From positions 9,827 through 73,826 of IMG/VR virus record IMGVR_UViG_3300019889_000008: a DNA stretch of 64,000 nt; one strand, given 5' to 3'. The stretch's first letter is position 1. The number at the start of each line of letters is the position of its first letter. The notes under the pieces are model-generated. The model ran no database searches, was not told where the DNA came from, and was given only the letters and a program-made list of their open reading frames with translations. Made by a program: the position numbers and the translations under genes. Positions 19,690-30,550 of the stretch are shown one piece after another. Source of the DNA: a virus.

Positions 19690-20306
19690 CTCCCGTGCTC
19701 GAATCTGAGCCCTGCCGCGATATGCCACAGGGCACACTTTTAACAGAAAAACCGCCACATTTAGCAAATGATGGACATATGGTGACTCTGGCTCGGAGTC
19801 CCTGGGAGTCTCGGCGAATCGATTACCACTATTCCATTGTAGCGAGTTGTTGAGCGTTTCGCCAAAATACTCGACTGTATACTTTGTCTAACTCTGAATC
19901 TCGTCGAGTCAGTCACCCGTCACTGCCTGTCGTATTGTTGATTCCGCCTTTAGCTTCACTGCGGAGATCTTTATTCTTTCCTTATGCGATCGTTCGGCGA
20001 CTCGCTCGGAGGGGGTTGCAATGGTTCTCGACTCGGGATTAACTTCTCAGAGGGAGGCTCATTCGTGCAATTGATCGACCTTTTTCTTGATAACGGCTCG
20101 CAGCCCGCGGAACACCGGGCAATAACGGGGCCAGTGCCCCGTGCCGTCTCCCCGCCTATTCTGTGGCTGTCGCAGGAGGAACCCTGATGGAACGAACGAT
20201 TGGTCAGCCTTTGTCTAAAATTGTTCCGAATTCTAGTTTCACGATATCCAAACGTCATTTGAGATCCGTTGATTTCCGTCCCCTGTTGATGCAGGAGGGT
20301 CAACGA

Positions 20307-21923
20307 ATGACAGACGACGAGATCCCCGACACGGCCATCGCCCTCGCGCTGAAGCGGGCGGCGGGTGAGAAGCTCAGGAAGAGGAAGGCGACACGGGCCG
20401 AACGCGAGGCCGCCAAGCAGCGCCGCCTGGACAAGGTCAAGAGCAAGGCGCCAGCCGAGGCGCGGCCACCGCGACCGATGCCGGCGCCACAGACTGCTGC
20501 CCCGCTCCAGGTCTCGGCGCAGCAGCATCTCCAGGACAAGGCCGCCCGCGAGCGCCGCATCCGCGAACTGACCGCGATCTCCCTGGGCCGCGCCGTGGCA
20601 ACGGTGGTAGCCCCGCCAGAGCGGCCACCGCCATCACCGCCCACGGGCCCCGATGATCCGCGGATCAGGAATGGCACCCTCGCGCCATCGCCCAAGGTGG
20701 CGGCGATGCTCAGGTCAACTGTCTCCGAAGCAGCGACCGCGGCCTCCGCGCCGAGGCCGCGGGTCGAGCGGAGCGGCTATCCCGCCGAGTACCTGGAGAC
20801 CCTCCGATCCGGCACGCCCGAGGCGATCCTCGCCGGGAGGCTCGCCAAGGATCTGAAGGGCACCGACCTCGACGCCTTCAATCGGGCTCGGAAGCGCGAG
20901 TTGGATGCCGTCCTCGCCGGGCGCCGGTTCAACGAGTTGAGCCGGGACGAGCGCAAAGCCTACATGCTCGTCAAGGCGCGGCACCTGAAACTGATCCTCG
21001 ATCCCACGCTCCCAAGGGCGCGGCGGAAGGGTGCGGCGCGCGGCCGTGTCGGGACGATCATCGACCGGCTCCGCCACGAAGCCCGGCTCACGATCAAGCA
21101 GGTGGCAGAGCAGGCCGAGGTGCCGGCTTACAGGCTGGCGCACATCGTCGCCGGCAAGCGCCCGGCCAAGGAGGCAGACGCCAAGCGGCTCGGCAACCTG
21201 TTCAACGTCAACCCGGAGACCTTCATGACGACGACCAACACCGCTGCTGCATCACCGCCCGAGCCCCGGCGCTCCGCGGTGAACGGCATCACCCCGCCGA
21301 AGACCAATCCGAACCGGCCGGGCTACAATGAGACGACGGACATCGCCCGCCTCGCGGCCCTGACCGAGCCGCGCTCCAGCGACACCGCTTTCCAGGCCAC
21401 CCTTCGCCGGATCATGCGGGAGCGCGGGCTCATGGCCCAGCACGTGGCCAAGGTTTGCGACCTGTCGCTCGACGTGCCGGGCCGGCTCTTGCGCGTTGGC
21501 AGCGTGCCGAGCCCCGCCACCCGCAGGAAGCTTGTCGCCGGCCTCGGCATGAGCGAGGAGTTGTTGTTCGGCAAGCCCGCGCCGAAGGCCACCAAGCCCG
21601 CGCCAGAGGCCCCGCCAGCGGCCGTCGCCGTCCCGCGGCTAGCCCAGCCCCAGGAGGCGCCGGTTTCCGACTTCGTCGGCCCCACCGTCGCTGTTGAGAT
21701 GGGCGTCCCCATGCCGCCCATCGTCCTGCGCTCCGATCGCTACCCCTGGGCCATGCCCAAGGGCGGGAGCTTCAAGGCCGATGCGCCCTTCGGCATGTCG
21801 TGGGGAACGTTCCGCAGCCGGTTCGTAAAGATGCTCGACCGGCAGAGCGAGATCCTCGGCCACTGGTACACGTTCGAGGAGAACGAGCCCGATGGCTCGA
21901 TCCGGGTCTGGAGGGTCATCTGA
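20307..21923 (+). CDS. Large protein with two XRE-type HTH domains
   Basis: IDRLRHEARLTIKQVAEQAEV and LRRIMRERGLMAQHVAKVCDLS; CAGGAGGG RBS before 20307. Confidence 0.65.
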   Translation: MTDDEIPDTAIALALKRAAGEKLRKRKATRAEREAAKQRRLDKVKSKAPAEARPPRPMPAPQTAAPLQVSAQQHLQDKAARERRIRELTAISLGRAVATVVAPPERPPPSPPTGPDDPRIRNGTLAPSPKVAAMLRSTVSEAATAASAPRPRVERSGYPAEYLETLRSGTPEAILAGRLAKDLKGTDLDAFNRARKRELDAVLAGRRFNELSRDERKAYMLVKARHLKLILDPTLPRARRKGAARGRVGTIIDRLRHEARLTIKQVAEQAEVPAYRLAHIVAGKRPAKEADAKRLGNLFNVNPETFMTTTNTAAASPPEPRRSAVNGITPPKTNPNRPGYNETTDIARLAALTEPRSSDTAFQATLRRIMRERGLMAQHVAKVCDLSLDVPGRLLRVGSVPSPATRRKLVAGLGMSEELLFGKPAPKATKPAPEAPPAAVAVPRLAQPQEAPVSDFVGPTVAVEMGVPMPPIVLRSDRYPWAMPKGGSFKADAPFGMSWGTFRSRFVKMLDRQSEILGHWYTFEENEPDGSIRVWRVI

Positions 21924-22273
21924 TGCTCAAGGTCGAGGCCGGCGCCCTCTGCCCAAATTGCGGTGCCGAAATCCAGTATTGCATCATCCAGACCGTTGAC
22001 GCGCCGCCGGAAGCGATCAAGGCGCTGAAGCGAGCGATGGCGGCGCACGCGGTTGAGCAGCGGCTGGCCCGGCACAGCGAGCGATCCCTGATGTGGATTC
22101 GGTTCCTCTGGTACGTCGTCGCCTTCATGTCGGCTTGGGCTGGCTTCGCCCGAGCGTTCGGCCCGGAAATGATCCCGACATGGGCTGCTGTCGTTGCGAA
22201 CGCCACAACGGCGATGGTGGCGATGACCGCTGCGATGTGGGTCGTCGACCTGAAGCAACGGGCGACCCGCTGA
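21923..22273 (+). CDS. Membrane hypothetical protein with CxxC
   Basis: CPNCG plus two TMs. Confidence 0.5.
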   Translation: MLKVEAGALCPNCGAEIQYCIIQTVDAPPEAIKALKRAMAAHAVEQRLARHSERSLMWIRFLWYVVAFMSAWAGFARAFGPEMIPTWAAVVANATTAMVAMTAAMWVVDLKQRATR

Positions 22274-22782
22274 TGGCCGAATCTGGCTTAATCCCCGATC
22301 AACTCAGGGAACAGATCGTCGCCGGTCTGCCTGCCCATTGCGCCAAGATCTGCGAGCAGATCCTCGTGGAAATGGGCGAACTCATGTTCGCTTTGGCCAT
22401 CGTGGTCACGGAGAGTGACGTGCATACGATCATGATCCCGGTCCCGACCCCCGAGACCGAGGCCGCGGTGGCCGCCGGGATGCGGCGCCATCTGCGGGAG
22501 CATGGCGCGGTCGCCTATGCCGTTTGCACCGAGGGCTGGCTTCGATTCACCGGTCGGGATGGCCTGTCGGACGAGGCGCCCCCCAGCGAGCATCCGGACG
22601 GGGTCGAGGCGGTGCTGGTCATGGGCCAGACGCCGGGCGGCCCGTTCCATTCGTTCTTCCGGACGATGCGCGATGCCGATGGGAAGATCTTTGCCCTCGG
22701 CGAGGATCTTGTGGCCGGGCGCACGCCGCCAACGACCGGGCTCTTCATGGGGCTCCTTGACCCCGCTCCGCAACTGCATTGA
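22273..22782 (+). CDS. Hypothetical protein (paralogue of 22793-23329)
   Basis: AVAYAVCTEGW..HPDGVEAVLVMGQT. Confidence 0.6.
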   Translation: MAESGLIPDQLREQIVAGLPAHCAKICEQILVEMGELMFALAIVVTESDVHTIMIPVPTPETEAAVAAGMRRHLREHGAVAYAVCTEGWLRFTGRDGLSDEAPPSEHPDGVEAVLVMGQTPGGPFHSFFRTMRDADGKIFALGEDLVAGRTPPTTGLFMGLLDPAPQLH

Positions 22783-22792
22783 GGGACGAGCC

Positions 22793-23329
22793 ATGGACCT
22801 TGGGGAATGGAGCCGGCTGCCTGAGCCGCAGCCCCTCTCGGACGAGCAGCGGACGGTCTTCGAAACCGACATTCTCGGGATCGGGCTGGACACGTGCGAG
22901 ACGCTCTTCCAACGGCTTGGCGAGATGCCGGGCGGCCTGCTGGTCATCGTCTCCGCCAAGGGGGCGCGGATCATCAGGGTCCCCATGCCGCAGGACTTTG
23001 CTGTCCGCACCGCGGTGGCGGAGACGTGCCGGAACCTGATCCTCGCCGATCACGCGACCGCGTACCTTTTCGCCTTCGAATTCTGGCTGCGGACCGGCTC
23101 GGCCGAGGATCTGAAGAAGCCCCAGCCCAACTATGCCGATCTTCCCGACAGCAAGGAGGGCGTCATGATCTGCGGCCAGACGTCGGAAGGCAGTTTCGGC
23201 TCCGCTTTCGACATCGTTCGGTCCAGGCGGGGAGCGTTCAAGAAGCTCCGCCCGCACGATCACGTCGGCGGCTACATGCAGTTCACCGGCATCTGGACCG
23301 ATCTGCTCTACCGCCAGCAGGCGAGTTAA
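22793..23329 (+). CDS. Hypothetical protein (paralogue of 22273-22782)
   Basis: ATAYLFAFEFW..LPDSKEGVMICGQT. Confidence 0.6.
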   Translation: MDLGEWSRLPEPQPLSDEQRTVFETDILGIGLDTCETLFQRLGEMPGGLLVIVSAKGARIIRVPMPQDFAVRTAVAETCRNLILADHATAYLFAFEFWLRTGSAEDLKKPQPNYADLPDSKEGVMICGQTSEGSFGSAFDIVRSRRGAFKKLRPHDHVGGYMQFTGIWTDLLYRQQAS

Positions 23330-23663
23330 CAGCACAAGGGAGGAAGGTCATGGCAATCGAAATGCCGGACGGGACGATCGGCCTCACGCCGGAAGAGGGC
23401 GCGGCGTTCTACGGGCGAGCGAACGAGGCGCTCATGACCGACATCGCAGCCGCAGCCAAGACCCACGGCCTGCGCGCGATCAGCGTCGTCGCGTTCACCC
23501 GCGACGTCGGTGTCCTCACGTTCTCGACCGGCGCCGACGACGAGTGGCGCGAGATCGCGCGGTCGCTGGCGCTCAAGATGGGCGTCGATCTCGGCGAGAT
23601 GTTTGACACCAAGCCGCGGGTCGTCGGGCCGACCAAGGTCCGCAGGATTGGGGAGAGCAAGCG

Positions 23664-24011
23664 GTGACCCAGGCGGGCCCAATGTCCGCCAGCGACGCGG
23701 CGCTCCTGCACGACGAAGCGGCCAAGGAGGACATTCTCACGATCTGGACGGTGACCACAGGCACCGCCGATTTCGGATCTCGCTTCGTGGCCCGGCCGCA
23801 CTTCATCGGCGGCGTGCGCAGGGTCCCCATCGGCCCACTGATCGCCGACACATACGTCTCGTCGCGCTACCTGATCGCCGACACATACGTCTCGTCGCGC
23901 TACCTGATCGCCGACACGCTGGAGGAGGTTCGGGAGATGTTGCCGCACGGTCTGAGCCGGCTCAATTGAAACGCTGAAGACGACGCGGTGATCGTCGAGA
24001 CATGGATCTAG
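23664..24011 (+). pseudogene. Hypothetical gene with 33-bp tandem duplication and in-frame TGA
   Basis: LIADTYVSSRY x2; TGA at 23967 followed in frame by NAEDDAVIVETWI*. Confidence 0.5.
23838..23917 (+). repeat. 33-bp tandem repeat (about 2.4 copies)
   Basis: CTGATCGCCGACACATACGTCTCGTCGCGCTAC x2 plus a partial copy. Confidence 0.95.
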
Positions 24012-24020
24012 GAGCACGCG

Positions 24021-27000
24021 ATGGAAAAGCTGATCAGGGTTTCGATGATGATCGACGGCCGGGGCGAGACCATCACGGTCGGCAGCCTCTACGATGCCGG
24101 GGCCCAGGCCGCGTCCTTCATCCGGCACCTCAATCTGGACGAGCACGTGGACGCCGAGGTTCGGATCGAGGTCGAGATCAGTGAACTTGCCACGTCCGGC
24201 TCTGTGGAGTTCTGACATGGCGGAGGAGTTGATCCGGCGCGCCGCGCCCAAGATCGTTCGGACCTACCACGATAAGTCGTCCTGGGGTCCCGGCCCCTGG
24301 CAGTCGGAGCCCGACGAGGTCCGCTGGAGCGACAGCAGCACCGGCATCCGCTGCGTGCTGATGCGGGCCCGCGGTCTCGGGGTCTGGATGGGCTCGTGCG
24401 GCCTTCCAGGAAATCACCCGTGGGAGCGCCTCAAGGCCGAGGACATTCCGACCGGCGTCCATGGCGGCATCACCGCCAAGGCCGTCGTCATGGGCGACGG
24501 CTCCGGGATGACTTGGATCGGGTTCGGCTGCGCCGGCCCGCGGGATTTCGCGCCGGGTGTGACCGACGTGCCGCGCGGGCAACGGCTGATCTACCGTGAT
24601 CAATGGTTCGCCAAGATTCAGGTGCTCCGCCTCGCCGTGGAGATCGTGCTCGCCACCGGGCCCGGCGCTTGGTGGGAGGGCGCCCATGGCTGACTTCTGC
24701 AATCAGTGCGCTGCGGAACTCGGGTTCCCGTATGGCGACCTGGACGGCATCACCACCGCGGCCGGCTGGGCAAGCGGCCTGGCGGCGATCGTCCTCTGCG
24801 AAGGATGCGGCCAGACCCAGGTTGACCCCGAGGGCAACTGCATCGCGGACGACTGCCTACGGCAGCACGGCTTAACCAAGGGGAGGCAAGGCGATGAAAC
24901 AGATCCCATTGGACATTGAGATCCCGGAGGACATGGAACGGGCCGCGGAGGCCCTGGGCCCGGAGCGGCTGGTGGCGATGCTTGACGCCATGTCCGCCGC
25001 AGCGGCCTTCCTGCACGAGCACGGCTGGATGAAGTTCGGGGTGGTCATGCAGAAAGGCGATCTGCGCGTCGTCTTGACGCTTGATGGTCAGATCTCGGTC
25101 GGGGGCGACGTGCCGGACTCCGGGGTGCCACCAGAGATCCACCGGCTTGCTGGAGCGCGGAGGCCGAACTGATGACCGATAGCAAAGATCTGATGCAGCG
25201 GGCCTTGCGGCTGCTCGGCCGAGCCCGCGCGGTCCTGGAGGAAAAGGACGGCGATCTCGTCAACAGGTCGGTCGAGCATGACCCCTTGATCCTGGTCACC
25301 GAGGCCGAAGATCTGTTCGAGGATGTTGCCATGCGGCTCGGCCTCGTTACCCCGCCGCGGACGGTGTCGATGCCGATGCCGAGCGGGGCGCCGGTCAAGG
25401 GCCTCCCGCACCAGGACCGGGCATGGTTCGATGCTGGGCTGGTGCTGGAGTTCCTGAAGCGGTGCCCCCACCACGGCGAGGCGCCGCAGCAAGGATGGCT
25501 CTCCCTCGTGAGGGAGGCGTGCCATCGCGTCGCCATCCTGGAGGGCACCAACGCAGCGCTCGAAATCTTGGTCGAGAAGCGGACCCTGACGCCGACGAGC
25601 GCGGCGACCGGAACGATGGACGAGTTCGCCCGCACGGTCGGGCTCATGCTCGATCTATTCGTGAGGCTGGGCTTGATGAAGGACGTCCTCGCCGATGCGC
25701 TTCGGTTTGAAGCCGATCGGCTGGATGCCGAGGACGAGGCGGAGGCGGCACCATGAGCGGGATGATCTCAGATTTCGAGACCAGACTGGAGCAACTGATC
25801 GACGAATGGATGGCCCATGGCGGCGAGATGGGCGACGTGGAGGATGAGCACGGCCAGAACCGCAGCGTCGAAAGCGGGGACGAGCCATGACCGACAAGAC
25901 GACGTGCCAGAGCTGCGAGATCGGCACCCTGACCGAGACCCTGGAGCAACAGGTCTTCGATCTTCGGGTCGGGCCTCGGCCGACTGATCTCGTGTCCCTG
26001 GTGGCCGAGGACGTCCCGGTGAAGACCTGTGACCATTGCGGCGATCAGACCACCGACTGGCGTGGCGGCCGGGCCCAGGAGCGCGCGGTCGCCGCCTATC
26101 GCGAGCAGGCGCGAGGGGAGTGACGCCATGACCGGCTATGTCCATCCGCCGGCCTTTGACCCCCCCAGGGTCTTGGTCACCGCGGAGCGGCTGGTGTCCG
26201 CCATGGCGTACATCGAGACCGCGCGTCCGAAGCGCTTCCTGAATCTCCTGCGCCAGGCCGGCCTCCTGGCCGCTGGAGTGGCGAAGCTGATCGACGACGG
26301 CATCGCGGGTGGTCGCGGCGGATATGTGGATTTCGGCGAGGTCGCTTCAGCCATGGTCCGGGTCGCGTCCTCCCGCCCCAAGATCGGTCGCACCGGGCTG
26401 GAGGCAGGATTGAGCGCGCTGGCCGACTTGGTGCTGATGCACCGCAACGAGGCGGACAAACCGCGGGCCGAGGCCGAGATGGATGCCCTTGCGGTGGCCT
26501 CGCTTGCTGCATTCGATCTGCTGAATGGAGACCAGCCATGAGCCCATACATCGAAGATCTGCTGCGCCGCATGGGCGACTACGTCAAGGCCGAGAGCGAT
26601 CGGCTCGGTCCCGGCCCCCATTACCACGTCATGCACCCCGTGACCTTGATGGCAGAGGCCAGGACCGCGCTGCGGGCGGCCGAGATGCTCGCCGAGCGCC
26701 ACGGGCTAGGAGAATACATCCAATGAGAGAACCCCCCACGATCGAAGACTTGGTCGACCTCGTCGTCCGGATGGAGGAGGCCGGCTGGCAGCGCAAGGGC
26801 TTCAAGATGGAGCGGGGAGGCCACTGCGCCCTGATCGCACCGGACGGGACCATCAAGGTGACGGGCCCAGGGGACGCCCCCTCTGACATCGGCGAGATCC
26901 TCTCGCCGCCGGGCGACGGGAAATGGAGGCACGATGCTTGACCGGGTTCTTACCGACCGAGCGGTGGTCGACCGCGCCTGGCCGATCGTCATCGTCCAGG

Positions 27001-27444
27001 ACCGATACGGCGGCACATACAGCGGCGGCGGCTGGCTGGCCATCGCCAAGGCCGACGAGGTGGAGCCTCACGCCTACGGCATGAGCCGCATCGCGTGCTG
27101 CCTCAACGCGGGCCCGCACGGCAGTGACACCGCCGCCATGGCCTTTTGGCTCTTCCCGCCGGATTGGATCGCCGCTGGCCGGTCACCGGACGAGGCCGCG
27201 GTTGCGCTGCTGGCCAAGTTGACAGGGCTGGAGGAGCGTCCCGATGTTTGAGACCACAGAGCACAGCGTCGTCTTCATGGCCAAGCTCCGCGATCTGGAA
27301 CGCGGCGGCTTCAAGCTCTGCGGCGTCGTCCTGCAAGACCGGGAACAGCCCGACCAGCTCGTGGTCCTGACCGAGCAGGGGAAGGTGATTTGCCTGCCGG
27401 CAGCGCCACCGCAATCGACCGACGATGGAGGCGGCGATGCTTGA
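24021..27444 (+). other. Cluster of small, translationally coupled hypothetical genes (e.g. 24217-24693, 24686-24919, 24894-25172, 25172-25756, 25887-26123, 26128-26541, 26934-27251)
   Basis: ATGA/TGATG overlaps and GGAG RBSs; several CxxC Zn-ribbon proteins. Confidence 0.6.
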
Positions 27445-28084
27445 CCCGACGAAGTTGACGGAATGGCCATGGCGACCCGCCGGACGGGTGGATCAAGCAC
27501 TTCAACACGAGCCGGTGCCGCCCGGATGGCGACCCAGCAAAGGAATCAATCGGATGGCCGGAGCCGGCTTCAACATCTCGCAGATAGACCCGGAGGATGC
27601 TCGCATTATCCGCGAGGCCGCCGCGGACTCAGTCGTCCCCTGTGGCTCGTGCAACGCTTGCTGCCATAGCCCGGTCGGTGTGCAGCCCCAGTTCGGCGAC
27701 GACCCATCGCTCTACGAACTGGCGATCAACGTCGACACGTCGGCGCCGAACGGGCACACGATGGTCACGCTCAACCGCAAGCCGGATGGCTCCTGCTACG
27801 CCCTGAAGAACGGGCGGTGCTCGATTTGGGAGAAGCGGCCCCAGGTCTGCCGGGCGTTCGACTGCCGGAAGATCTTCGCCATGCACACCAAGGAGGAGCG
27901 CCGGGCCCTCGTCGATCTGAAGTATTTCAAGCAGGCCATCTTCGACGCCGGGCGCAAGCGGTTGTCCACCCTGGCCAACGCCGAGGCCCTGCGGGACGCC
28001 TGCAAGCGGATCGGCTATGGCCGGATGGCCCTCGACTACATGGAGCGCCGCCGCGGCGTGGTGCCGAAGGGGCCGCGGTCATGA
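27437..28084 (+). CDS. YkgJ-family cysteine-cluster protein
   Basis: CGSCNACC..DGSCYAL.NGRCSIWEKRPQVCRAFDC. Confidence 0.85.
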   Translation: MLDPTKLTEWPWRPAGRVDQALQHEPVPPGWRPSKGINRMAGAGFNISQIDPEDARIIREAAADSVVPCGSCNACCHSPVGVQPQFGDDPSLYELAINVDTSAPNGHTMVTLNRKPDGSCYALKNGRCSIWEKRPQVCRAFDCRKIFAMHTKEERRALVDLKYFKQAIFDAGRKRLSTLANAEALRDACKRIGYGRMALDYMERRRGVVPKGPRS

Positions 28085-29294
28085 GCCGGCCCATCCCACC
28101 AGAGGATCTGCGTGACCTCTTCATGCGCGTGCTCGCCGGCTATGCCCACTTTTGGGCGACGCTGCCGGACAAGACCCCGCTCGAACGATGCAACGGCCTC
28201 GCCTTCTCGTTCCTGGTGATGCTCGACGGGGGCAACATGAGCCTCCCTGTCTTCGATTTGGTCGCTCGTCCGCATCCGGACGACAAGGCGTTCCATCAAG
28301 GGCGTGGCACAGATTGGGTCGAGGATGGCACGGTCATCAGCGACATCGGCCTTCATGAACTCTGGCATCGATACGAGAAGGGCCCCCAGCCATGACCATG
28401 CACATCGATCGCCCGGTGCCCGGAGAGTTCCGCGCTGCCTGGAAGCCAACGGCACCCGAGGACCCCATCTTCAAATGCCGGGCTTGCGGCTCTGCCGATG
28501 TCTGGTATCGCCCATGGACGTCAGCCTGCGGCGGCCATGAGGACGTCCTCTATGAGTGCCGGTCGTGCGATCGGGAATGGTGGGTCGAGGGGCCCGACGC
28601 CTGATGGCCAAGACATTCGGCGAGCTGGGGCTGCGGCCCCGCGAGATGCGAGTGATCAAGGCGTGCCTGTATGCCCGCACGCTGGTGCCGAATGGGCATT
28701 ACCTGTGCGCGCTCCATGAGGTGGCATCGGCCAAGCGTTTGATCGCGAGGGGCTTCGTCACCGACGTGACCAGCGAGGCCGGACTGGCGCCACGCTTGCC
28801 GGGTTGGATCGTCGTCAAGATCGACGAAGCGAATATTGAGGCGATGCAGAAGGCGTAACGCTATGACCGGCTACGTCCATCCGCCCGGCTTCGACTTTCC
28901 GATGGTCACCGTGACCGCCGATCAGCTTGAGCGCGCCATGGCGTACATCAAACTTGCCCGTCCCGCGGAGTTCCGCCCCATCATCAAGCGATCCGGCTTG
29001 CTCACCGCCGGGGCGGCAAACCTGATCCGCGATCAGATGGGCGGCGGCCGAGGAGCATTCGTCGCTTTAGGAACGATCATGGCCGCGATGGTTAGGGTCG
29101 CTGCAAAGCGCCTGGACATTGGGCGCGCCGGCCTCCATGCCTCGCTTCTGGACCTCGGGGACTTGGCCGTGATGAACGTCAAGGAAGAGCAGCGGGCCAC
29201 GAAGCGCGATGAAGTGCAACGGATGGCCGAGATGGCGCTGATCGCGTTTGATCTGTTGACGGGGGCAGCCGAACGATCTCCTAGGCCATCGTAG
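28081..29294 (+). other. Hypothetical genes 28081-28395, 28392-28604, 28604-28858, 28863-29294
   Basis: Coupled ORFs; the last is a paralogue of 26128-26541. Confidence 0.55.
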
Positions 29295-29709
29295 GCCAGG
29301 GAGCGAGCGTGAGGGAGGGCGGGGCCGACAAGGGGTTCCGGGGTCATCTTCACCGTTCGAGGATGTAGACCACCGAGAGCATTCGGCCCCGCCGAAGAAT
29401 CTATCAGATCGAGACCACCGGTCAAGGCGGCCTGGCCGCTGATCCCGATGGTCAGCCGTTCGGGTCTTCGCCGCCGGCTTCGCCGATCTGATCCTCGACG
29501 AGCGAGAACTCGCCGCAGGTTTCGTCGCCGTCTGAGATCTCCCCTTCGGCCTCGCAGCTCTCGACCCGCTCGGCAACCGACCGAAGCAGCGCGGCAACCT
29601 TGGCCGGCCCTCGGCCGAAGTCATCGATCTCCAGGGTGAATGACATCTCGCTCTCCATCTGTGGAAACCCGCGCCCCGCGGGCGGCGCATCGTTTCCCGT
29701 TTTGGAGCC

Positions 29710-29754
29710 AAAAGAAAGACCCCGCCATGTGGATGGAGTCACTCCATGGCGGGG
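29710..29754 (-). terminator. Terminator-like hairpin, minus strand
   Basis: CCCCGCCATG/CATGGCGGGG 10-bp stem followed by TCTTTCTTTT on the minus strand. Confidence 0.6.
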
Positions 29755-30093
29755 CCTAGTGTGGCGATCCTGTCTGCGCTCAACCCGGAGAGGAATAACG
29801 CAGCGCGGCGGTGATGCCCGTGTAAACGGCGCCGCTAGGTGCCTGGAAGGACCATAGCGCAACGGGTCGGGCATTGCCACCCGGCTCGACCGGAGATGGA
29901 CACCGGGTCAGGGCTCACATATGATGCCCTCGCTGCAACACGTCACGCACGAACCGTCTTGCCAGCCTCGGGCCCAACATCGAGCCCCCCTCGTTGCCGG
30001 TGCCCGATGCGGCCGGTCCCCTTCCCTGGGCCTGTGGCTTCGATAGCCACAGTAGCTTTGCGGGACCGGCCGCTCCCTTAGAAAGCCCCAGAT

Positions 30094-30300
30094 ATGACCG
30101 CAGGACGCATCCACCCCCCGTGGGACGAGAAGACGATTGCCGGCCTCAACCGGTGGCAGGCGAACGACCGGGTGCATCCGTTCACGTGTGGCAACGGGCA
30201 CGATCTGGTGGCGAGGCCCGAGGGATGGTTCTGCCGGGATTGCGACTACACGCAAGATTGGGCTTGGGCCTTCATGGCCACCTATCAGCCGCCGCTCTAG
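30094..30300 (+). CDS. Small Zn-binding phage hypothetical protein
   Basis: HPFTC..GWFCRDCDYTQDWA. Confidence 0.6.
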   Translation: MTAGRIHPPWDEKTIAGLNRWQANDRVHPFTCGNGHDLVARPEGWFCRDCDYTQDWAWAFMATYQPPL

Positions 30301-30550
30301 ACATCGCCCGAGGGCCGGCCTAGATTCTTCGGGCGAATGTTGACCCACACCATCCGCACCGGTCCGGCCCCATCTTTCCCCTTTTGCGCGGGGGGGTCTG
30401 ATGCGGGCCGGCCACCTTCCACCACCGTCCATCGCTAGAAGGCCCCGCCGTCGCGCACAGCGCGCCCGTGGCGGCCGAGGCGCCCCGCCGCTACACCGGG
30501 GCGCCTCGGCCTGGCGGGCCTCTGTGCGCGCCCTGTGCGCGGCCGGCCAT

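Noticed and set aside
23967-23969. Stop-codon recoding by a phage suppressor tRNA
   Set aside because: No UCA or CUA anticodon among the tRNAs, and TGA is the normal stop throughout the window
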